NCBI RefSeq assembly: GCF_000009705.1
Contig: NC_003272.1
Coordinates: 1,680,001 to 1,712,000, forward strand
Direction: 5' to 3'
DNA length: 32,000 bases
Source of the DNA: Nostoc sp. PCC 7120 = FACHB-418
GTDB lineage: Bacteria > Cyanobacteriota > Cyanobacteriia > Cyanobacteriales > Nostocaceae
Below are positions 1 to 9,716 of this stretch, one piece after another. Positions within the stretch are counted from its first letter, which is position 1, and the number at the start of each line of letters is the position of its first letter. The notes under the pieces are model-generated. The model saw only the letters and a program-made list of their open reading frames with translations, was not told the DNA's origin and did not search any database. Position numbers and translations under genes: made by a program.

Positions 1-220
1 AGTTGCGGTTAACTATAAGGATATTCGCGTCTTGATACTGCGGTTGGTCAAAAGGATGCGCCCCTTTCAAGGCTGTGCGGTCATCAATAAACGCACCTTC
101 ACGTAACCCATCAAAGGTAATGGCTTTGAGATAACGAGCCGGAATAATGCGATCGGTATCAATATCATTACCCACTAAAGGTATGGCACGCCCTGTAACT
201 TCTCTAACTTCACTGACCAT
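1..220 (-). CDS. leuD: 3-isopropylmalate dehydratase small subunit, N-terminal part (gene runs off the left window edge)
   Basis: Manual reverse translation from the ATG at 220-218 gives [48 protein letters not shown]..., a canonical LeuD N-terminus (DIDTDxIIPARxLK). It lies downstream of leuC on the same strand. It is absent from the ORF track because the window edge truncates it. Confidence 0.85.
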
Positions 221-267
221 GATTGTGATTTTTAACTAAGGGACTTCCAGATAAAAAAATAACGCCG

Positions 268-390
268 TGTGCAACTTTCTCTCAAACCTAACCCCCAACC
301 CCTTCCCTGCGAGGGAAGGGGAGCAAGATTCAAAGCCTCTCTCCGCTTCGGGGAGAGGTTTGGAGAGGGGTTTCAAAAATAAGTTGCACA
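268..390. repeat. MITE-like 123-bp element in the leuC-leuD spacer, with terminal inverted repeats and two internal GC hairpins
   Basis: Terminal inverted repeats are TGTGCAACTT (268-277) and AAGTTGCACA (381-390). Internal hairpins are CCCCTTCCCT-GCG-AGGGAAGGGG (299-321) and CCTCTCTCC..GGGAGAGG (336-358). It shares the GGTTTGGAGAGGGG-type core with the element at 6775-6897. Confidence 0.5.
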
Positions 391-412
391 TCGCGTAAAA
401 TATTCAAAATGT

Positions 413-473
413 AGGGTGCGTCAGTATGGACAATTTCTGAGTATAGTTAGGTTCTATGGCACTGACGCACCCT
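413..473. repeat. Dispersed hairpin repeat (AGGGTGCGTCAG ... CTGACGCACCCT)
   Basis: The 13-bp arms AGGGTGCGTCAGT (413-425) and ACTGACGCACCCT (461-473) are separated by a 35-nt loop. A second copy of the same arms lies at 23431-23490, inside the nifD element. Confidence 0.55.
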
Positions 474-556
474 AAGAAACTAAATAATTGCCTTTAAGTA
501 AAGAGTGCTGAGTAATGAGTAAGGAGTAATGAGCTTTTTTCATCACCCCTACACCC

Positions 557-1960
557 CTACAACAACTCCCGCACGTCCGCAACTTCCCCCTGAATCGCCG
601 CAGTGGCAACCATCGCCGGACTCATTAACAAAGTACGACCGGAAGCTGATCCTTGTCGTCCTTTAAAGTTGCGGTTGGAGGAAGAAGCGCTAATTTGTCT
701 CCCTTCTAATTTGTCGGGGTTCATGGCCAAACACATAGAACATCCGGGTTCCCGCCATTCAAAGCCTGCGGCCTCAAAGATTTTATCTAAACCTTCAGCT
801 TCGGCAGCTTTTTTCACTCGTTCGGAACCAGGAACCACAAAAGCCTTAACTCCTGCGGCCACACGGCGACCTTTGGCAATTTTTGCCGCTTCTTGCAGGT
901 CGGTGAGTCGTCCGTTTGTGCAGCTACCGATAAAGCAAACATCAATTTTCGTTCCCTTAATCGGTTGACCAGGATATAGATCCATGTAACGGTATGCTTC
1001 TTCAGCTACAAAGCGGTCTTCTTCTAATAGTTCTTCTGGCTGAGGAATCAACTGATTGACACCAATACCCTGACCAGGGGTAATTCCCCAAGTAACGGTC
1101 GGGGGGATATCCGCAGCGTTGAATACTATCACATCATCGTATTCAGCATCAGCATCACTCTTGATCGATTCCCACCAAGTCACGGCTTTTTCCCAATCAG
1201 CACCTTGGGGGGCAAAGTCTCTACCTTGGAGATAATCGTAGGTAACTTGATCAGGATTGACATAACCGCATCTAGCACCACCCTCAATAGCCATATTGCA
1301 GACAGTCATCCGTTCTTCCATGTTCATTTGCTCAAAGGTCGTACCTGCGTATTCGTAGGCGTAACCTACACCACCTTTCACTCCCAGGGTACGGATGATA
1401 TGCAGGATGACATCTTTGGCATAAACCCCAGGGTTGAGTGCGCCGTTAACTTCAATTTTACGGACTTTGAGTTTAGACAGGGATAGGGTTTGGGAGGCGA
1501 GAACATCCCGCACTTGGCTAGTACCAATACCAAAAGCGATCGCCCCAAACGCCCCATGACTAGAAGTGTGGCTATCACCACAGGCGATGGTCATTCCCGG
1601 CTGTGTCAGTCCCAGTTCTGGCGCTATGACGTGGACTATACCTTGGTTACCGGAACCAATGTTATAAAAAGTAATGTTATTTTCTTGACAATTCTGCTCT
1701 AGCGCTTGGATCATTTCCTCAGCCAAGCGATCGACAAAGGGACGCGCCTGATTCTCTGTAGGTACAATGTGATCCACTGTAGCCACAGTCCTCTCAGGAA
1801 ATAGTACCTTTAAACCTCGTTCCCGTAACATAGCAAAGGCTTGTGGACTAGTGACTTCATGGACTAGGTGCAGTCCAATAAATAGCTGTGTTAGCCCTGA
1901 AGGAAGTGTACCAACAGTGTGTAAGTCCCAAACTTTATCAAACAGGGTGCCTTTGCTCAT
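557..1960 (-). CDS. leuC: 3-isopropylmalate dehydratase large subunit
   Basis: The 467-aa ORF has aconitase-family LeuC hallmarks: [50 protein letters not shown] and MCLAMNPD. leuD follows downstream. Confidence 0.95.
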   Translation of the reverse strand: MSKGTLFDKVWDLHTVGTLPSGLTQLFIGLHLVHEVTSPQAFAMLRERGLKVLFPERTVATVDHIVPTENQARPFVDRLAEEMIQALEQNCQENNITFYNIGSGNQGIVHVIAPELGLTQPGMTIACGDSHTSSHGAFGAIAFGIGTSQVRDVLASQTLSLSKLKVRKIEVNGALNPGVYAKDVILHIIRTLGVKGGVGYAYEYAGTTFEQMNMEERMTVCNMAIEGGARCGYVNPDQVTYDYLQGRDFAPQGADWEKAVTWWESIKSDADAEYDDVIVFNAADIPPTVTWGITPGQGIGVNQLIPQPEELLEEDRFVAEEAYRYMDLYPGQPIKGTKIDVCFIGSCTNGRLTDLQEAAKIAKGRRVAAGVKAFVVPGSERVKKAAEAEGLDKIFEAAGFEWREPGCSMCLAMNPDKLEGRQISASSSNRNFKGRQGSASGRTLLMSPAMVATAAIQGEVADVRELL

Positions 1961-2050
1961 ACGTCTATCGTTAAATAACGAGTCAGAGTTTTTATAGTAT
2001 CAAAAAAAGTCTACTATTAATATTTTCGTGAATAAAAACTCTGCGTTACT

Positions 2051-2087
2051 CTGCGCCTTCCTTAGCACCCCTCACGGGGATGGAAAC
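2051..2087 (+). repeat. Solitary CRISPR-repeat-like sequence (single copy, not an array)
   Basis: CTGCGCCTTCCTTAGCACCCCTCACGGGGATGGAAAC contains a small CCCC-TCAC-GGGG hairpin followed by ATGGAAAC. This resembles the architecture of cyanobacterial Cas6-type repeats, which have a CTTTCCTT-like 5' part, a stem-loop and a xxGAAAC 3' handle. Only one copy is present in the window. Confidence 0.3.
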
Positions 2088-2268
2088 AAAAAGCAGATGT
2101 TTTCTTCACCCTCCATCATCTTAAAGTTGCATCTGTAACGGTTCGTCAGTCTCAGTGGTGGTAAATCGGGTAAGAAGGCTGAGTGAGCGATCGCTAATGT
2201 GTAGTTTGAAAGCAGAGTGTTTGGAGCAAGCGTCTGGGAAGCAGTGAAATTTAGTTTGATACTATCTA

Positions 2269-3102
2269 TCAGGTGGAAGTTGTCTTGCGAATGGTGGCAG
2301 CAACAATACGATCAACAAACCCTGGTAAAATCAGCTTTGCCCAAGGGATTACCTTTCCTTTCAACGTCATAATGTGTTCTCGTTTACGCCGCTCCATTGC
2401 CCAGATAATTTGACGCACACACTCGTCTACTGACATATTGCCTTGAGTTTCATCACGGGGACTTTTGCCTAGTGGTTTTCCATCTGCTCCCAAGGCTCGT
2501 TGTCGGATATCAGTTGCCACAAACCCTGGTGAGACAACCAATACATCCACTCCTGTTGAATGCAATTCAATCCGCAACGTATCAAAAAAGCCTTGCATAG
2601 CGTGTTTACTGGCAACGTAACCTGTACGAGTGGGTACACCTGTTTTGCCACAAATTGAAGAAATAGCCACTAATTGTCCTTGGCTTGCTTTCAGGTAAGG
2701 TAGGGCATAATGGGTACAATAAACAGCACCCAGATAGTTAGCTTGCATTACCTGCTCAAAAATAGAGATATCTGTCACCTCATCAAAGCGGGTGAGCATT
2801 CCAATGCCGGCATTATTGATTAAGATATCAATTTGCCCAAATGTGGCGATCGCTCTTTCTATCAACTGTTGGCAAGCTTCTGCTTGAGTTACATCTGTAT
2901 GTACTGCAATCACTTTCCCTGGATAGTTTGTGCAAGCAGTCATGGTCTGTTCTAATGCTTCTTGATTGCGAGCAGCCAAGACTAAATTTGCATCCTGTTG
3001 GGACAACGAAATTGCCAACATTCGGCCAATTCCCGCCGATGCACCTGTGAGAACAATGGTTTTATTCGTAAAGCTCATGCTCGGTGTTTCCAGTCGGAAC
3101 AT
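2269..3102 (-). CDS. Short-chain dehydrogenase/reductase (classical SDR)
   Basis: TGASAGIG (the TGxxxGxG NAD(P) motif), NNAG and YVASKHA (YxxxK) are present. The start is uncertain: ATG at 3102, or ATG at 3078 (MSFTNK...). Confidence 0.85.
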   Translation of the reverse strand: MFRLETPSMSFTNKTIVLTGASAGIGRMLAISLSQQDANLVLAARNQEALEQTMTACTNYPGKVIAVHTDVTQAEACQQLIERAIATFGQIDILINNAGIGMLTRFDEVTDISIFEQVMQANYLGAVYCTHYALPYLKASQGQLVAISSICGKTGVPTRTGYVASKHAMQGFFDTLRIELHSTGVDVLVVSPGFVATDIRQRALGADGKPLGKSPRDETQGNMSVDECVRQIIWAMERRKREHIMTLKGKVIPWAKLILPGFVDRIVAATIRKTTST

Positions 3103-3240
3103 CGCTTATTTTAGATTTTTATGCGTCAATCTGCTCTGAATAGAATGTGACAAAGAAAAAGTAAAATGGCTGAGTCGGGGATAGAAACTCTCACCGATGC
3201 AGAGGTTTAACCGTTAACAGTCACGCTAAGGGAAGACAGT

Positions 3241-4215
3241 ATGTCGTGGATGGAATTGAGCCTAGATACAACACATGAAGGAGTTGACTGGGTTTGTACG
3301 CTAGTGGCTCAAACTATTGATATTCAAGATGTTTACATCACGGAATATGCTGAAATTAACCAAGCGGAATCAGTCGCAGACAATGCTAGCCATCCTAGTT
3401 GGGCGTTTACGATTAACTTATACTTAGCTTGTGATGCCTATTTACGGACACGTATAGACAAAATTTTGCATCTGCTTTCCCCCTTAGAGCGTACTGGAAT
3501 CGCTACAGCAATTCAAACCAATATAGTTGAGGATAAACTCACTAACGCAAATATACTCAAACCCGTCATTCATCGCATTGGCAAACGCTTTGTTGTGCTG
3601 CCTCCTGATGTACCCTACCAATTAGAAACACCAGACCAAGTAAGTTTGAGACTAAATAAAAGCTTCTCCTTTGGTAGCGGGTTTCATCCAGCCACGATTC
3701 TTAGTCTCAAATTAATTGAGAAATATGTCCTTCCTGGGATGAATACTCTGGATTTGGGTTCAGGTTCAGGTATTCTGAGTGTGGCAATGGCAAAATTGGG
3801 TGCAACTGTTTTAGCGCTAGATAACGATAGTCTTGCTGTGCAAGCAACTCAGGATGCTGTCCTGTGTAATGACGTTGAGCAGCAAGTAACAGTCATGGCC
3901 GGGAGTCTAGGATCTGGTAGTGATTTGGGACATTGGATGAACCAGGAAACTATAGATTATGTACCAACAATTAAGCCGACAAAAAACTTTGACCTCATAG
4001 TTGCAAATATTCTGGCGCGAGTCCATGTTGCTCTGGCTCATGATTTCCAGAATGCTTTACGTCAAACAGATGCACATCAAGGACTATTGATTGCATCCGG
4101 CTTTACCGTCGATCATGAAGAAAATGTGACTACAGCTTTCACCCAAGCAGGCTTAGAGTTAGTTGATTGTGAGCGATTACATGAGTGGGTGGCATTTGCC
4201 TATCGCTTGGTGTAG
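3241..4215 (+). CDS. prmA: PrmA-like SAM-dependent methyltransferase (ribosomal protein L11 methyltransferase family)
   Basis: The N-terminus MSWMELSLDTTHEGVDWV is typical of PrmA. The SAM motif I is LDLGSGSGILSVAMAKLGA, and DLIVANIL follows. The length of 324 aa fits the cyanobacterial forms. Confidence 0.7.
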   Translation: MSWMELSLDTTHEGVDWVCTLVAQTIDIQDVYITEYAEINQAESVADNASHPSWAFTINLYLACDAYLRTRIDKILHLLSPLERTGIATAIQTNIVEDKLTNANILKPVIHRIGKRFVVLPPDVPYQLETPDQVSLRLNKSFSFGSGFHPATILSLKLIEKYVLPGMNTLDLGSGSGILSVAMAKLGATVLALDNDSLAVQATQDAVLCNDVEQQVTVMAGSLGSGSDLGHWMNQETIDYVPTIKPTKNFDLIVANILARVHVALAHDFQNALRQTDAHQGLLIASGFTVDHEENVTTAFTQAGLELVDCERLHEWVAFAYRLV

Positions 4216-4312
4216 CTAGTTTAAGAACGTTGTGAGCCTCCATCCATTCGAGTTTGGATTTGCAATTTTGAGTTCAAAATCTAAAATTCCCAGTCCCCAA
4301 TTTCTTCACACA

Positions 4313-4483
4313 CTATCGAACGTAAGTAACCTGAGGTGTATCAATCAGTTTAGATGACAATTCTGGATGATATTTCTGTTTTAAAATAGGCATTTCTTGC
4401 CAACATTTTCGACAAAAAAAGTAAACTTCACGACTGCGAATATGCCGTAAAAGCTGATGAGAACAGCAAGGACAATTATTCAT
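4313..4483 (-). CDS. Small zinc-ribbon protein, 56 aa (below the ORF-track cutoff)
   Basis: Manual translation gives MNNCPCCSHQLLRHIRSREVYFFCRKCWQEMPILKQKYHPELSSKLIDTPQVTYVR*. Two CxxC pairs (CPCC and CRKC) are spaced as in a zinc ribbon. It resembles a small protein family I recall as conserved in cyanobacteria, which I have not verified. Confidence 0.5.
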   Translation of the reverse strand: MNNCPCCSHQLLRHIRSREVYFFCRKCWQEMPILKQKYHPELSSKLIDTPQVTYVR

Positions 4484-4870
4484 GATTTTTTAAATTTATA
4501 AAAAAGAAATTTCAAAAAATGTATAGTTATGTAACTAATAATTTATTTGCATAACTATGATCAAATGATTATGTTTTGACTCAAGAATATCTTCAGTACA
4601 ATCACTTAAATAAATATAAAGTTTCCTAACGCATATGGGTTGATTAAGTACAGATACTTATGCTCAGACAAAATTTAGCAAAACCTTGACTACGCAGTGA
4701 TACGGCGAATGAGCATTAGGAGTGCGACGAATTCAAAATTTTTACGTAGCATCTCGTTCATTTCACCTTCCCACCGAGAATATGAGAACGCGAAATGTCA
4801 CAAGAGTTACCGAGAAAAGGATATGTTTCTCAACTTTGGCGAATCAGTATTACTGAAATTAATGATTAAA

Positions 4871-5641
4871 TTACCAAGGCAGTTGACTTCCATCCCAAGA
4901 GAAAAATTTTCCACTATCACCTTCCCGAAGGTGTGCAATCACAGCTAATAATTGGTCAACAGTGCGTTCAATGGAAAATAGTTTTTCGGCGGCTACATTT
5001 TTCTGAAAGGGTCGAGAAAGACGTGTATCGGTTGTCCCTGGATGTAAAGTTACTACTGTAGTTTTAGGGCAACTTCTGCCATACTCAACGGCTACAGTTC
5101 GCATGAACATATTGAGTGCCGCTTTAGAAGCGCGATAGCCGTACCAGCCACCAAGTTGATTATCACCGATGCTGCCCAATTTAGCGGAAATACTAGCAAA
5201 AACACTAGGCTCATTATGTCGGAAGAAAGGTAAAAGATGTTTTGCTAGGAGAACAGCACCGATGCTGTTAATTTGAAAGTAACGGAGTAAATTTTCTGAA
5301 TTAAGTTGTCTCAAACTTTTTTCAGGTTGGAAATCTCCTTCATGTAGTATTCCTACACAGTTAATTACCAAATGCAATCTATTAGTTTCAATATTTATTT
5401 GTTGCAAGATTTCAGCTATCTGTAACTCATCAGTAATATCCAATGATAGACAAGTTAATCGTTGGGAATATGCGTTTTCTAGTGTAATTAACTCAAATGC
5501 TGAGTCTTTTTGGCGATAGGTGGCATAAATTTTGGCAATTCTGTCATCTTGTAGCAATTTTTTGACAAAGCCTAAGCCAATGCCTTGGCTAGCTCCTACA
5601 ATCAGGACATTGGCATGATTAATTTCATCAATAAAAGACAT
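4871..5641 (-). CDS. Short-chain dehydrogenase/reductase (C-factor-like SDR)
   Basis: VGASQGIGLG (glycine-rich NAD(P) motif), NCVG and YRASKAA (YxxxK) are present. Confidence 0.85.
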   Translation of the reverse strand: MSFIDEINHANVLIVGASQGIGLGFVKKLLQDDRIAKIYATYRQKDSAFELITLENAYSQRLTCLSLDITDELQIAEILQQINIETNRLHLVINCVGILHEGDFQPEKSLRQLNSENLLRYFQINSIGAVLLAKHLLPFFRHNEPSVFASISAKLGSIGDNQLGGWYGYRASKAALNMFMRTVAVEYGRSCPKTTVVTLHPGTTDTRLSRPFQKNVAAEKLFSIERTVDQLLAVIAHLREGDSGKFFSWDGSQLPW

Positions 5642-5681
5642 ACAAAATAATAACGATCGCCTACTTCAGTGCAACTATAAA

Positions 5682-5909
5682 CTATTCCTGCACTACCTCG
5701 ACTAACTCTTCAATCATCACCTCGAAAGTACGGGCTAATTTCTGAATAGCGGTAAAGTCTACAGTCGCCAGTCCAGGCGATCGCGCATAGGTTCTCAGAG
5801 TGCTGTAAACTACACCAGAACGGTCAGATACTTCTTTCAACGTCCAACCTCTCTGGGCTGCATACTCTCGAATCTTGAGGCGAATCATTCCCATAATTTG
5901 CTGCTTCAA
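5682..5909 (-). CDS. Small XRE-family helix-turn-helix transcriptional regulator
   Basis: IRLKIREYAAQRGWTLKEVSDRSGVVYSTLRTYARSP...IQKLARTFEV is a typical Cro/C1-type HTH. The true start may be one of the internal Met codons (MGMIRL). Confidence 0.8.
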   Translation of the reverse strand: MKQQIMGMIRLKIREYAAQRGWTLKEVSDRSGVVYSTLRTYARSPGLATVDFTAIQKLARTFEVMIEELVEVVQE

Positions 5910-6092
5910 TGACTTGTATCAGTCGCAGAATAATTGTATCATATAAAACGATCGCCCCCCGGCCTAGGAAACTGAGAGAGCGATCGTAGTACTCAAATGT
6001 AAAACCGATAGGTTATCTGTGTCTATCCATCGACAGGAAAAATACCTACGGGACTTAACAGTTAAACATCTACCGAATTTACTGGTATTTTT

Positions 6093-6578
6093 ATGGTATC
6101 ATCACTCAACCCAAAAGCAATTGTCATCCGTCCATCAAAAATTGTTCACAAATCGTTAACTCCCCATCCTCTAGCACGATTTGTCACGGAAGAAGCAATT
6201 TGTCTGATGTTTCGCATCGGGTTTGATGATATCTACACAGTGGAATGTTGGCACTATGTAGTTTACGTCCACGCCAGAGGGGTGAGTACATTTGTCAGTT
6301 ATGCCGATTTTCCACCGACTTTAGGAGTGCAACCACCAACCAGATCAGACTTTATTAAATGGCGTAGGCGGTGGCGCAAGCAACACGACTATGCTCATCG
6401 CAAACAAGCGCCAGAATGGTGGGAAGAATTTTTTATTAGAGAGTTTTGGCAAGCACCTTCCGAGTCTGTGTTACACAGTTGGGGTGAGTTAGTCGGGATA
6501 ATTAAATTTGTTTTTAGCGAAGATACTTTGACCGAACTCCGCAGAAACTATCGTCTAGAAAAATCATCTTTAAATTAA
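6093..6578 (+). CDS. Hypothetical protein (161 aa)
   Basis: This long ORF has an ATG start and lies divergent from the XRE gene. I recognise no family. A basic/aromatic stretch is present (WRRRWRKQHDYAHRKQAPEWWEEFF). Confidence 0.5.
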   Translation: MVSSLNPKAIVIRPSKIVHKSLTPHPLARFVTEEAICLMFRIGFDDIYTVECWHYVVYVHARGVSTFVSYADFPPTLGVQPPTRSDFIKWRRRWRKQHDYAHRKQAPEWWEEFFIREFWQAPSESVLHSWGELVGIIKFVFSEDTLTELRRNYRLEKSSLN

Positions 6579-6774
6579 TTACCGAAGAATGGCAGAGAGC
6601 AGGAGACATGAATCAATTCAACTGCCTTTGGGTGAGATGTACACACATTTTGCTACAGATAAGAAGGCTTTTAAAATATCCTCTTACATACTCCTATAAT
6701 AACAACTGAATTTCTTGTTTTTCCTCAAACAAATGTGCTTTGATTGCCTCAAGCACACCGCTAAAGACCATATT

Positions 6775-6897
6775 AGGACTTACGCATGAAAACGAAAAAT
6801 CAAGGGTTTGGAGAAGGGTGTAGGGAAGGATCTAGGGGTGTTAATGTTTAAAACCTTTACCCCCAGTCTCAACAGACAACCTGGATGCGTAAATCCT
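6775..6897. repeat. MITE-like 123-bp element immediately upstream of hupW
   Basis: The inverted termini AGGACTTACGCAT (6775-6787) and ATGCGTAAATCCT (6885-6897) differ by one mismatch. The internal GGTTTGGAGAAGGG core is related to the element at 268-390, which is the same length. The ORF-track start of the hupW ORF (6885) falls inside the right terminus. Confidence 0.45.
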
Positions 6898-6941
6898 ACA
6901 TATTGAGTAATACCTGTTCTACCTGCTCAAATATAATACCT

Positions 6942-7403
6942 ATGCTGACTATTATCGGTTGCGGAAATCTCAATCGCAGTGACGATGCTGTAGGCGTAAT
7001 CATCGCTCAACGCTTACAAAAATATCTAGCCGAAAATCCTCATCCCCATGTGCAGGTATATGACTGTGGAACCGCAGGGATGGAAGTTATGTTTCAAGCT
7101 AGAGGTAGCAAACAATTAGTAATTATTGATGCGAGTTCCACTGGTTCGGAACCCGGCGCAGTATTTAAAGTCCCTGGTGAAGAATTAGCAGCTTTACCCG
7201 AACCTAGTTATAACTTACATGATTTTCGTTGGGATCATGCTTTAGCCGCCGGGAGAAAAATCTTTCCAGATGATTTTCCGCAAGACGTAACAGTTTATTT
7301 AATTGAGGCGGCGAATCTTGATTTTGGACTAGAGTTAAGTCCTGTTGTTCAACAATCTGCTGATTTGGTTGTTGAAAAAATTGTGGAAATAATTCGTAAT
7401 TAG
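6942..7403 (+). CDS. hupW: [NiFe]-hydrogenase maturation endopeptidase
   Basis: MLTIIGCGNLNRSDDAVGVIIAQRL... and ...LVIIDA... are typical of the HybD/HupW protease family. I chose the Met at 6942 because the 19 upstream codons lie in a repeat element. The neighbourhood matches the known hupW locus near the nif cluster in PCC 7120. Confidence 0.85.
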   Translation: MLTIIGCGNLNRSDDAVGVIIAQRLQKYLAENPHPHVQVYDCGTAGMEVMFQARGSKQLVIIDASSTGSEPGAVFKVPGEELAALPEPSYNLHDFRWDHALAAGRKIFPDDFPQDVTVYLIEAANLDFGLELSPVVQQSADLVVEKIVEIIRN

Positions 7404-7471
7404 GATGGGGATTGGGGATTAGGGAACTAGGTAATTTTTTCTCCTCTGCATCCCCTGCTCCCTACTCTCCA

Positions 7472-7846
7472 TCACGCCATATCTCGATATACAGAGAGTT
7501 CATCTACTCTCATTTCAAAAGGTACGCCTTCGCTTTCTGGCGGACAGACGCGGATTTTGGCGCTACTGACCATTTGATTGATTAATTTACCCATTGGCAC
7601 GAGTTTTTGCAAAACCCGCCAGTTGGTAACTTGATCGGGACATTCAATTACCAACGTCATTGCATTGGCTTGAGTTGTGACATACCAACGACAATTAGAT
7701 AGAAGATTCTGTAAGGTGCGATCGCATCCTTCATAAAAGTATTTACTCAAGGAATACTCTAATTGCTGTCTCAAGATAATGTCAGCCGAAGTTGGCTGCA
7801 TGGGATGGAAATCATCTCCGCTAAAATCAAATCTGTGCCGATTCAT
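7472..7846 (-). CDS. Hypothetical protein (124 aa), last gene of the CBS-CP12/ankyrin/SagB-like operon
   Basis: The ORF has an ATG start and begins 17 nt downstream of the preceding gene on the same strand. I recognise no family. Confidence 0.55.
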   Translation of the reverse strand: MNRHRFDFSGDDFHPMQPTSADIILRQQLEYSLSKYFYEGCDRTLQNLLSNCRWYVTTQANAMTLVIECPDQVTNWRVLQKLVPMGKLINQMVSSAKIRVCPPESEGVPFEMRVDELSVYRDMA

Positions 7847-7863
7847 CTCTGTTACAATCCTAT

Positions 7864-9150
7864 TCAGGTTCCAATTGCCGTTGCATAAAGTACATCTTTA
7901 TGTGTTTCTAAGAATTCCTGGGTTTCATCATCATAAAAAGCACCAATACCGCTACATTGAATGCCTAGATAATTACTACCCAAATAAATTCTTTGTCCTA
8001 AAAAACCAGCTATTTGCATAGCAGTTTGATAACTGGTATATTCGGACACAAAAAACAAAATCACAGCACAATCTCTGGCAAGAGCTTGATTCACACACAA
8101 GTAACCCGTGTGTTCACTAAAGTCACCTGCTTTAACCAAATTCACGCCTCTATATAACCCTGATGTCATCCCCTCGACTCGATGTATCACCGAGTAGGTT
8201 TCTATCTCCTCACCGCTTTCTGTTGGGATTGGCTGCTCTAGTAGTTGCAAGACATATAAGTAATGTTCTTGCGAAATGAACTCTTTCCGGAAACGTCTAA
8301 CCGAACGTCTATTACAGACAGTTTGGTAGAATTTCTCCTGCTCAAAATTAAAGCAAGGTTGTTTGAATTGTTGCTGGCGACTTGGTTGCACAGAGGTTGC
8401 TTGATAGCTATCTTCAATAAATTGATTAGCCTCAAAGTAATCTGTGCCACAAACAAAAGGAACTTTCAGCCTTAATTTTCTAACTTGCTTCTCGTGTATT
8501 TCGCCAGATATCGCACAACCAGTAATAAACTCTTTATTCTCAAACCCTAAATCTGTATTGAGAGTGAGTTTATCAAAATCAAAAATTAGCTGAATATTGC
8601 GGTTATGGAGATATGCTGAAGCCGCGACAGCACCTAAGTGGTGTCCGCTATCTAATAAGCAATATCTCAAGCTCCTTTGTTTATATTTCCAGCTAGACCT
8701 ATAATAAACAGAACTAATTAAAAAAATGAATCCAGTGATACATTTTGTTGGTATAACATAACTCTCTAAGCCATCATCAATTAATTCGTAGATGAGTGTT
8801 AGACAATTATTCTCAACTTCTAAATGATATATCCCATCTACTATTTCTGGCATTCCTCGAATCTGTACATAGACTTCAGTGGGATACAGTGCGCCTGCTG
8901 AAGGATTGACCCTGAGTTTGTAGGCCACATTGTTATATACCTTTTCAAAGGTGACAGCACTGGTTAACCAGATAAAAGAGTGAATTGGATTATCGAGATT
9001 TAATTTCACTCGACGATAAAACTTTGGATAAAATTTAAATGCCGATGGTTGAGTTGCAGCATTAATATAATTTGGATCAAGCTGCACCGACAAGTAAGAA
9101 TGCTTAGTAGCCTCATGGTAGGCTTTACCGAAAATATCACTTTGTGGCAT
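7864..9150 (-). CDS. SagB/ThcOx-type dehydrogenase (double nitroreductase-fold protein)
   Basis: The N-terminal half has YHEATKHSY... and LRVNPSAGALYPTEVYV...GIYHL, typical of the SagB-type dehydrogenase domain. The second half has RRSVRRF, a nitroreductase-like motif. Confidence 0.75.
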   Translation of the reverse strand: MPQSDIFGKAYHEATKHSYLSVQLDPNYINAATQPSAFKFYPKFYRRVKLNLDNPIHSFIWLTSAVTFEKVYNNVAYKLRVNPSAGALYPTEVYVQIRGMPEIVDGIYHLEVENNCLTLIYELIDDGLESYVIPTKCITGFIFLISSVYYRSSWKYKQRSLRYCLLDSGHHLGAVAASAYLHNRNIQLIFDFDKLTLNTDLGFENKEFITGCAISGEIHEKQVRKLRLKVPFVCGTDYFEANQFIEDSYQATSVQPSRQQQFKQPCFNFEQEKFYQTVCNRRSVRRFRKEFISQEHYLYVLQLLEQPIPTESGEEIETYSVIHRVEGMTSGLYRGVNLVKAGDFSEHTGYLCVNQALARDCAVILFFVSEYTSYQTAMQIAGFLGQRIYLGSNYLGIQCSGIGAFYDDETQEFLETHKDVLYATAIGT

Positions 9151-9664
9151 TTTTCAGTAACCTTAAAACTTCTACATTGCTAGCGAAATCTATAGCCTGA
9201 AAATCATCCAAATTTCTTAAATATAAGTTAGGATGGTATTGTAGGAGCAACTTCACTACTTCTGTCTTACCTGCTGATGCAGCATACATTAAAACAGTAG
9301 CACCGTTATCATTTTGGTTATCGATATTAATTTTTGCAGCCAGTAGCAGATGAATTAAGTCATAATGATTGCCAAAACAAGCAAACCACAAAGCATTATT
9401 ATTGTCGTTGTTTCTAGCATTGATATCTACACCTAAATCAATTAGTTCTTTGACGACGGCATCAACCCCTTCTCGTGTAGCTTTCATCAAAGCACTATCG
9501 CCATTTTCCCCAGGTTGTTCTAAGTCTTCAGGATTGTAGCCTTTTCCTATCAACCATTCTTGAGTGGTTTGACTCAAATTGAAATGACTTTTCCGGTTCA
9601 TCATTTGTTGTTGTAATTCAGAAGAATTTGCATAGAAAAGGTAATGGCGGACATTGCCCACCAT
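9137..9664 (-). CDS. Ankyrin-repeat protein
   Basis: Ankyrin consensus repeats are present: GDSALMKATREGVDAVVKELIDLGVDINARNNDNNNAL and NGATVLMYAASAGKTEVVKLLLQY. The stop (9137-9139) overlaps the downstream start (9150) by 14 nt. The start is uncertain: the track uses TTG at 9676, the first ATG is at 9664, and MMNRK lies further in. Confidence 0.8.
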   Translation of the reverse strand: MVGNVRHYLFYANSSELQQQMMNRKSHFNLSQTTQEWLIGKGYNPEDLEQPGENGDSALMKATREGVDAVVKELIDLGVDINARNNDNNNALWFACFGNHYDLIHLLLAAKINIDNQNDNGATVLMYAASAGKTEVVKLLLQYHPNLYLRNLDDFQAIDFASNVEVLRLLKNATK

Positions 9665-9716
9665 TACTAAACACAATGCTATATAATTCTAGTTATTAGA
9701 GTTGTAAAACCATACT

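Noticed and set aside
603-1702. ORF-track ORFs 603-968(+), 1205-1486(+), 1378-1581(-) and 1490-1702(+) inside leuC
   Set aside because: They lie antisense to, or out of frame with, a clearly genuine 467-aa LeuC gene. Their sequences are low-complexity with no motifs, so they are shadow ORFs.
4697-4948. 83-aa + strand ORF
   Set aside because: It has a non-ATG start in AT-rich DNA. Its 3' end overlaps the convergent SDR gene, and its sequence is not protein-like.
7779-8475. ORFs 7779-8021(+), 8238-8456(-) and 8263-8475(+) overlapping the 124-aa and SagB-like genes
   Set aside because: They are shadow ORFs within or antisense to better-supported genes.
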